In this document: piece after piece, positions 36,191 to 40,903 of the stretch
Numbering within the stretch: the first letter of the stretch is position 1
How the letters are laid out: each line of letters opens with the position of its first letter
NCBI GenBank assembly: GCA_035569515.1
Contig: DATMMY010000274.1
Coordinates: 1 to 40,903 of the forward strand
Direction of reading: 5' to 3'
Origin: Candidatus Solibacter sp.
Lineage (GTDB): Bacteria; Acidobacteriota; Terriglobia; Terriglobales; Acidobacteriaceae
DNA: 40,903 nt
Translations under genes and position numbers: made by a program
The notes under the pieces: model-generated
Told to the model about the DNA's origin: nothing
Database searches by the model: none
Seen by the model: the letters and a program-made list of their open reading frames with translations, nothing else

Positions 36191-36642
36191 TTGAAGCAAG
36201 AATCCATGTTTGAGCACATTCGTTATGAGACTCTCAACGCTCGGCAGAAGGAGATATTCAACTTTCAGAAAATCTCTGCCACGCTTGCCGACTACGGATT
36301 CAACTGCATTAAGTTGGCCGACGACTGGGGCAGCGCTGATTTAATTGCCTGTCACGTAAACGGAGCCACAACTTTAAAAATTCAATTGAAGTCGAGGATA
36401 ACAATTGAAAAAAATACGCCGGGAAGGATACTTGGATTGCCTTTCCACACAAAGGCTTCTGGTATCTCATCGAGCATGACCGATTAGTTGACAAGATTGG
36501 GCACTCAACGGACTGGCTGCGAACTACTTCCTGGCTAACCGGAAATGAGTATTCTTCCGTCAGCATCAATCCAAAATTGCTGAATGGCTTGGTCGAACAT
36601 AAACTCGGGCGTGTCTACGGACCCGTCCTGGAAACTGAGTGA
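36191..36642 (+). pseudogene. Small PD-(D/E)XK-nuclease-like gene split by a -1 frameshift at an A7 run
   Basis: The annotated 98-aa ORF (TTG 36191; ATG at 36206) degenerates after IEK. Shifting -1 at 36408-36414 gives a stop-free continuation, KYAGKDTWIAFPHKGFWYLIEHDRLVDKIGHSTDWL...GPVLETE, ending at TGA 36640-36642. ADLIACHVNGATTLKIQLKS resembles a D...(E/Q)xK nuclease core. Confidence 0.5.
36408..36414 (+). other. A7 homopolymer / A_AAA_AAT heptamer at the frameshift point
   Basis: The zero frame reads gaa aaa aat. The heptamer at 36409-36415 fits the X_XXY_YYZ slippery pattern, and restoring one A (A8) would also fuse the two frames. Confidence 0.6.
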
Positions 36643-36869
36643 AACTGTTCACTCCAGGATTTACCCCCAAATGTTGCGCATCCGCTCCGCTACTGCTATT
36701 AAAGTAAGTGTTCAGTGCCCCATGTGGGCTCGCGAGGTTCTATGACTGCAACCCGGAAAACAGCAGAGTCCATCGGCGGAGATCAGGATACCGTGACCGG
36801 AATTTCCAGGCGGGTTGGGAACGCTACTGGTCTGCCGCCGGCTTGTTCCAGCCGCCCCCAAGCGTCCGG

Positions 36870-36958
36870 CCTAACACTTCAAAACGTTAGGAATTCCCAA
36901 AGTGTTAGGAAAATAGTCAATGTTTATGCGGGTCCTAACACTCTAACGCTCTAACGCT
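36870..36958. promoter_or_regulatory. Cluster of six GTTAG/CTAAC core motifs upstream of the uricase gene (candidate operator array)
   Basis: CCTAACACTT at 36870-36879 is the perfect inverted repeat of AAGTGTTAGG at 36900-36909. AGTGTTAGGA at 36901-36910 is the perfect inverted repeat of TCCTAACACT at 36934-36943. There is also ACGTTAGGA at 36884-36892, the palindrome GGAATTCC at 36890-36897, and a tandem CTAACGCT at 36943-36950 and 36951-36958. The array ends 31 nt before the uricase ATG. Confidence 0.35.
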
Positions 36959-36989
36959 TTGGTTTGACTGTCACCTCGAGGAGAATCAC

Positions 36990-37859
36990 ATGCAACAGTT
37001 CGCCAGCGGCGCGAAGCGAAATTATTACGGCAAATGTGACGTTACCGTTTACCGCCTTCAGCGTGATGCCCATTCCGCGCCGGGCCAGAGCCCCTTCTTT
37101 GGCGCAAGCGTGATGATGCTGCTTTACGGCGACGCCTTCTGGCCTACCTATGTCACCGGGGACAATACCAACCTGGTGGCCACCGATTCGATGAAGAATT
37201 TCATCCAGCGCGAAACCTTGAACTTCACTGGCTGCGACTTGGAGTCGTTCTGCCGTTTTCTTGCGGAGAAATTCCTGAAAACCTATCCCCAGACGGAAGG
37301 CATTCAAGTATCGGCCACCGAGATACCCTACGAACAGCTTCCCGGCGGGAGTATGGCATTTGCGCCTTCTGGCCCGGAGCGGGCCACGGCGCGCATGGAA
37401 TTGCAACATGACGGCCCGCAGGTGCATTTCGTGGAAGCGTCTTCGGGAATCCAGGGCTTCAAGTTACTGCGCCTGGGCGGCAGCGCCTTCTCCGGCTTCG
37501 TCCGCGATCAATACACCACCCTGCCGGACATCAAGAACCGTCCCCTCCATATGTGGCTTGATCTGGAATGGTCGTATACCGCGCCCGACGCTGCCTTGAG
37601 CGACGGCAAAGTGACGGCCCTGGTGCGGCGGATCGTGAATGACGTTTTTCAGTCATTTGAGTCGGGCAGCATACAGCAGGTTATTTATTGGATTGGAGGA
37701 AAGATGCTGGCGGAAATTCCGGCGATTGCGGAAATTCGTCTGGAAGCCAATAATCGCACCTGGGACACGATCATGGAACAGGGTGAGCAAACAGGCGTTT
37801 ACACTGAAGCGCGTCCGCCGTTTGGCTGCTTAGGGCTGACGCTCAAAAGACAAACATAA
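36990..37859 (+). CDS. uox: Urate oxidase (cofactor-independent uricase)
   Basis: YGKCDVTVYRL, ATDSMKNFIQ and FKLLRLGGSAFSGFVRDQYTTLP (uricase signature region). GAGGAG lies upstream of ATG 36990. Confidence 0.9.
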   Translation: MQQFASGAKRNYYGKCDVTVYRLQRDAHSAPGQSPFFGASVMMLLYGDAFWPTYVTGDNTNLVATDSMKNFIQRETLNFTGCDLESFCRFLAEKFLKTYPQTEGIQVSATEIPYEQLPGGSMAFAPSGPERATARMELQHDGPQVHFVEASSGIQGFKLLRLGGSAFSGFVRDQYTTLPDIKNRPLHMWLDLEWSYTAPDAALSDGKVTALVRRIVNDVFQSFESGSIQQVIYWIGGKMLAEIPAIAEIRLEANNRTWDTIMEQGEQTGVYTEARPPFGCLGLTLKRQT

Positions 37860-38212
37860 TGGGCCGGCTCTCTACTCACGTGCTCGACACCGCTCAGGGC
37901 AAGCCGGCGGCGGGCGTTGCGGTTCGTCTCTACGCCTGCAACGGCGATGACCGCCGCCTGCTGAAATCTGCTGTCACCAACGCCGACGGCCGCACCACCG
38001 AACCATTGCTTCAGGGAAACGACCTGCACGCGGGCATCTACGAGCTGGTGTTCAGCGCCGGAGATTATCACCGCACGCAAAATGAAATGCTTGACGCTCC
38101 ATCATTCCTCAATGAAATCGTGGTGCGCTTCGGCGTGTCCGACCCTGTGGCCAATTATCATGTACCCTTGCTGCTCTCGCCTTATGGGTACACCACGTAT
38201 CGGGGATCGTAA
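37859..38212 (+). CDS. uraH: 5-hydroxyisourate hydrolase (transthyretin-like)
   Basis: MGRLSTHVLDTAQGKPAAGV and the C-terminal YTTYRGS tetrapeptide signature of HIU hydrolases. The start overlaps the uricase stop (TAATG). Confidence 0.9.
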   Translation: MGRLSTHVLDTAQGKPAAGVAVRLYACNGDDRRLLKSAVTNADGRTTEPLLQGNDLHAGIYELVFSAGDYHRTQNEMLDAPSFLNEIVVRFGVSDPVANYHVPLLLSPYGYTTYRGS

Positions 38213-38213
38213 A

Positions 38214-39437
38214 ATGGAGCATCGCGCCCAGGAAGTAATCAGCTTGTGCCGCAAGCTGGCCGAATTCACAGAGGAGCCGGGCCACATCACCCGCACTTTT
38301 CTTTCGCCACCCATGCGCGACGTTCATCGTGAACTTGGTGGCCGCATGGAGCGGCAGGGGATGAGCGTGAACGTGGATGCGGCCGGCAATCTGCGCGGCT
38401 TTTATCCGGCGCGAAGACCGGGAGCGCCCCGCGTAATCATCGGTTCACACCTTGACACAGTGCCCCACGCCGGCGCTTTTGATGGCATTCTGGGCGTGGT
38501 CATGGGCATTGCCATGGTGGATGCACTCGCCGCTCGTCAAATGCCCTTCGGCATTGAGGTTGTCGGATTTTCTGAGGAAGAAGGCGTGCGCTTCGGTGTG
38601 CCTTTCATCGGCTGCCGCGCCCTGGTGGGCGCCGTGGATGAAGCCTTGCTCGCGTTGCGTGATCCGCAAGGGTTGAGTGTGGCCGATGCCATACGCTCTT
38701 TCGGCCTCGACCCGGCGCGCTTGGCCGAAGCGAAGCTGGTGGAAAGCACTCTCGGCTATCTGGAGTTTCACATCGAGCAAGGCCCGGTGCTGGAAAATTT
38801 GAACTATCCGCTGGGAGTAGTAGAGGCCATTGTCGGCCAGAGCCGTCTCAGGGTTTGCTTTACTGGCAAAGCCGGGCACGCAGGAACCACTTCCATGAAG
38901 CTGCGGCATGACGCGCTTGCCGCCGCAGCCCAATGGATTGCGGTCGTGGAAAGTGTGGCGGAAAGCACGTCTGGGCTTGTGGCCACTGTCGGACGCATGG
39001 AAATCGAGCCTAACGCCGGCAATGTGATTGCCGGCAAGGTGTACGCCAGTCTCGATGTTCGTCACGCGCTGGACGAAGTGCGGCATCAGGCAGCCGAGCT
39101 CATGCTCAACAGGGCAAAACAGATTGCGGCTGGCCGTGGATTGTCCTTTGAATGGGAGCAGCATCTGGATCAGCCCGCGGTTGCCATGGACCCAACCCTG
39201 GTGAACAAGTTGGAACAAGCCGTGAAGTCAGCCGGCTACCCTGTGTACCACATGCCCAGCGGCGCTGGACACGATGCTATGATCATGGCGCAAAAAATTC
39301 CCAGCGCCATGCTGTTTCTGCGCTCTCCGGGCGGCGTGAGCCATCATCCCGACGAGAACGTGCTGGTCGAAGACGTGCAGGCCGCGCTTAACGCTGGAAT
39401 GCGTTTTCTGGAACAGTGGGAGACACGCCTTGACTGA
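38214..39437 (+). CDS. allC: Allantoate amidohydrolase (M20 family, Zn/Mn amidase)
   Basis: MEHRAQEVISLCRKLAEF, GSHLDTVPHAGAFDG, FSEEEGVRFG and MPSGAGHDAM. ATG at 38214 lies 1 nt after the HIU hydrolase stop. The ORF-track start at 38082 lies inside the previous gene. An N-carbamoyl-amino-acid hydrolase is the alternative call; genomic context favours allC. Confidence 0.8.
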   Translation: MEHRAQEVISLCRKLAEFTEEPGHITRTFLSPPMRDVHRELGGRMERQGMSVNVDAAGNLRGFYPARRPGAPRVIIGSHLDTVPHAGAFDGILGVVMGIAMVDALAARQMPFGIEVVGFSEEEGVRFGVPFIGCRALVGAVDEALLALRDPQGLSVADAIRSFGLDPARLAEAKLVESTLGYLEFHIEQGPVLENLNYPLGVVEAIVGQSRLRVCFTGKAGHAGTTSMKLRHDALAAAAQWIAVVESVAESTSGLVATVGRMEIEPNAGNVIAGKVYASLDVRHALDEVRHQAAELMLNRAKQIAAGRGLSFEWEQHLDQPAVAMDPTLVNKLEQAVKSAGYPVYHMPSGAGHDAMIMAQKIPSAMLFLRSPGGVSHHPDENVLVEDVQAALNAGMRFLEQWETRLD

Positions 39438-40830
39438 CCTGGTGGTGCGTGGCGGCACAGTCGTTACCGCGGAGAACGCCATCTCCGCCAGCATCGCAAT
39501 AGCCGACATTGCAATAGAAGATGGCCGCATCAGCGCCATCGCCCCCGAACTTCCCGGTGCTGCACAGGAAATTGATGCCCGTGGACTCACCGTACTGCCT
39601 GGACTCATAGATATTCACGTGCATTTCAATGAACCCGGCCGCACCGAATGGGAGGGCGCTGCCACAGGCAGCCGCGCACTGGCGGCAGGTGGCGGGACAC
39701 TATTCTTTGACATGCCGCTGAATTCTTCGCCCTGCACAATTGGTCCGATGGAATTCGACCAGAAGATAGCTGCGTTGGAGCGCTCTTCGGTAACCGACTT
39801 CGCGCTCTGGGGTGGCATCGTGCCCGGAAATTACGACTCGCTGGCCCCGCTGAGCGAGCGCGGTGTAATCGGCTTCAAGGCCTTCATGACCGACTCCGGC
39901 TTGCCGGAATTTCCCCGATCTGACGATCTCACGCTCTATGAAGGAATGCGCGAAGCTGCGTGTCTCGGCCTGCCTGTGGCTGTTCATGCGGAGAGTGATG
40001 AACTCATCCAGTCACTCACATCGCGCGCCGCCGCTGCCGGACTCAACGGCATACGTGATTATCTGGGTTCGCGTCCGGTGCTGGCCGAGGTCGCAGCCAT
40101 CCAGCGCGCGGCCCTCATGGCCGAAGAAACTGGCGCAAAGCTGCACATTGTCCACGTGAGCTCCGGGCGCGGCGTGGCTGCGGCTTTGGAAGCGCGCGCC
40201 CGTGGCGTGGACATCGCCATTGAAACCTGTCCGCATTACTTGTTCTTCACTAAAGAAGACATGGAACGGATAGGCGCTGTCGCCAAGTGCTCGCCGCCGT
40301 TGCGTAACACGCACGAACGCGACCGTCTATGGGACGCACTGTTGCGCGGCGCGGTCAATGTGGTTGCTTCCGACCATTCGCCCGCGCCGCCGGAGATGAA
40401 GCGCGATGCCAATTTTTTCCGCGTCTGGGGTGGAATTGCCGGAGGCCAGTCAACACTCGCCGTGCTGCTTACTGCCGGGCATCATGAGCGCGGGTTGCCC
40501 CTTACCCGCATCGCCGATCTGATAGCCGCATGGCCGGCGCGACGATTTCTCCTGGCGCACAAGGGCCGGATTGCTGTGGGCAACGATGCGGATCTCACGC
40601 TCGTGGACCTGGCCGCGTCTTACACTTTGCAGGAGAGCAGTCTGCTGCAGCGCCATCGTATGAGTCCCTACATCGGCAGGAGTTTCCGGGGCGCCGTCCG
40701 CCAAACCCTCCTCCGTGGCCAGCCGATTTTTGTGGATGGAAAAATTGTTGCGAAAGACACGGGAAAATTTGTTCGATCTTCAGAGCATTCAGCAATTAGC
40801 AATCAGCATTCAGTCCCTAAACCATCCTGA
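39430..40830 (+). CDS. allB: Allantoinase (cyclic amidohydrolase superfamily)
   Basis: LIDIHVHFNEPGRTEWEGAATGSRALAAGGGTLFFDMPLNSSP, HAES and VASDHSP. TTG start at 39430 overlaps the allC stop by 8 nt. Confidence 0.88.
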   Translation: MTDLVVRGGTVVTAENAISASIAIADIAIEDGRISAIAPELPGAAQEIDARGLTVLPGLIDIHVHFNEPGRTEWEGAATGSRALAAGGGTLFFDMPLNSSPCTIGPMEFDQKIAALERSSVTDFALWGGIVPGNYDSLAPLSERGVIGFKAFMTDSGLPEFPRSDDLTLYEGMREAACLGLPVAVHAESDELIQSLTSRAAAAGLNGIRDYLGSRPVLAEVAAIQRAALMAEETGAKLHIVHVSSGRGVAAALEARARGVDIAIETCPHYLFFTKEDMERIGAVAKCSPPLRNTHERDRLWDALLRGAVNVVASDHSPAPPEMKRDANFFRVWGGIAGGQSTLAVLLTAGHHERGLPLTRIADLIAAWPARRFLLAHKGRIAVGNDADLTLVDLAASYTLQESSLLQRHRMSPYIGRSFRGAVRQTLLRGQPIFVDGKIVAKDTGKFVRSSEHSAISNQHSVPKPS

Positions 40831-40903
40831 AGCCTCAGAAGCAAGAACTGCGCCAGCGTATGCATGATGAGGTTACCGCCACCGGGAAGTGGCTGAAGTC
40901 GGT

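Noticed and set aside
1-40903. Search by eye for CRISPR arrays, tRNA or rRNA genes, long direct or terminal inverted repeats, and intact transposase or integrase genes.
   Set aside because: I found no regularly spaced repeats, cloverleaf-like segments or transposase motifs. The only repeat structure is the short GTTAG array at 36870-36958, and the only mobile-like trace is the broken ORF at 31348-31686.
40831-40903. The 73-nt tail after allantoinase, possibly the 3' end of a convergent gene.
   Set aside because: It is too short to evaluate, and there is no stop or start context or motif to support a call.

Overview
Moderately GC-rich bacterial DNA with two functionally unrelated blocks. (1) Positions 1-31149, all on the minus strand, hold a tightly packed non-ribosomal lipopeptide-type biosynthetic gene cluster. 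In transcription order it encodes: a fatty acyl-AMP ligase, a membrane desaturase, an ACP, a cyclopropane-fatty-acid-synthase-like methyltransferase, a KAS III, a GHMP kinase, a fold-type-II PLP enzyme, an AraC regulator, a TauD/SyrP-like dioxygenase, NRPS1 (half-C, A, T, C), a 1306-aa three-part fusion, NRPS2 (His-less C, A, T), a SAM methyltransferase, a second B12-radical SAM enzyme, NRPS3 (C, A, T, TE), an MFS exporter, a type II thioesterase, and a further NRPS that starts with an A domain and runs off the window. The fusion (B12-binding radical SAM, then a degenerate condensation-like domain, then a TauD dioxygenase) is the most unusual object here, together with the non-catalytic C-like domains around it. 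(2) Positions 31863-40830, plus strand, hold an ordinary purine/urate catabolism operon: xdhA, xdhB, OHCU decarboxylase, uricase, HIU hydrolase, allantoate amidohydrolase and allantoinase. It is interrupted by a frameshifted small nuclease-like gene and a GTTAG-repeat-rich spacer. An ORF interrupted by an in-frame stop lies at the junction of the two blocks. I saw no rRNA, tRNA, CRISPR array or intact mobile element. All product calls rest on motifs read by eye from the supplied translations; no database search was run.
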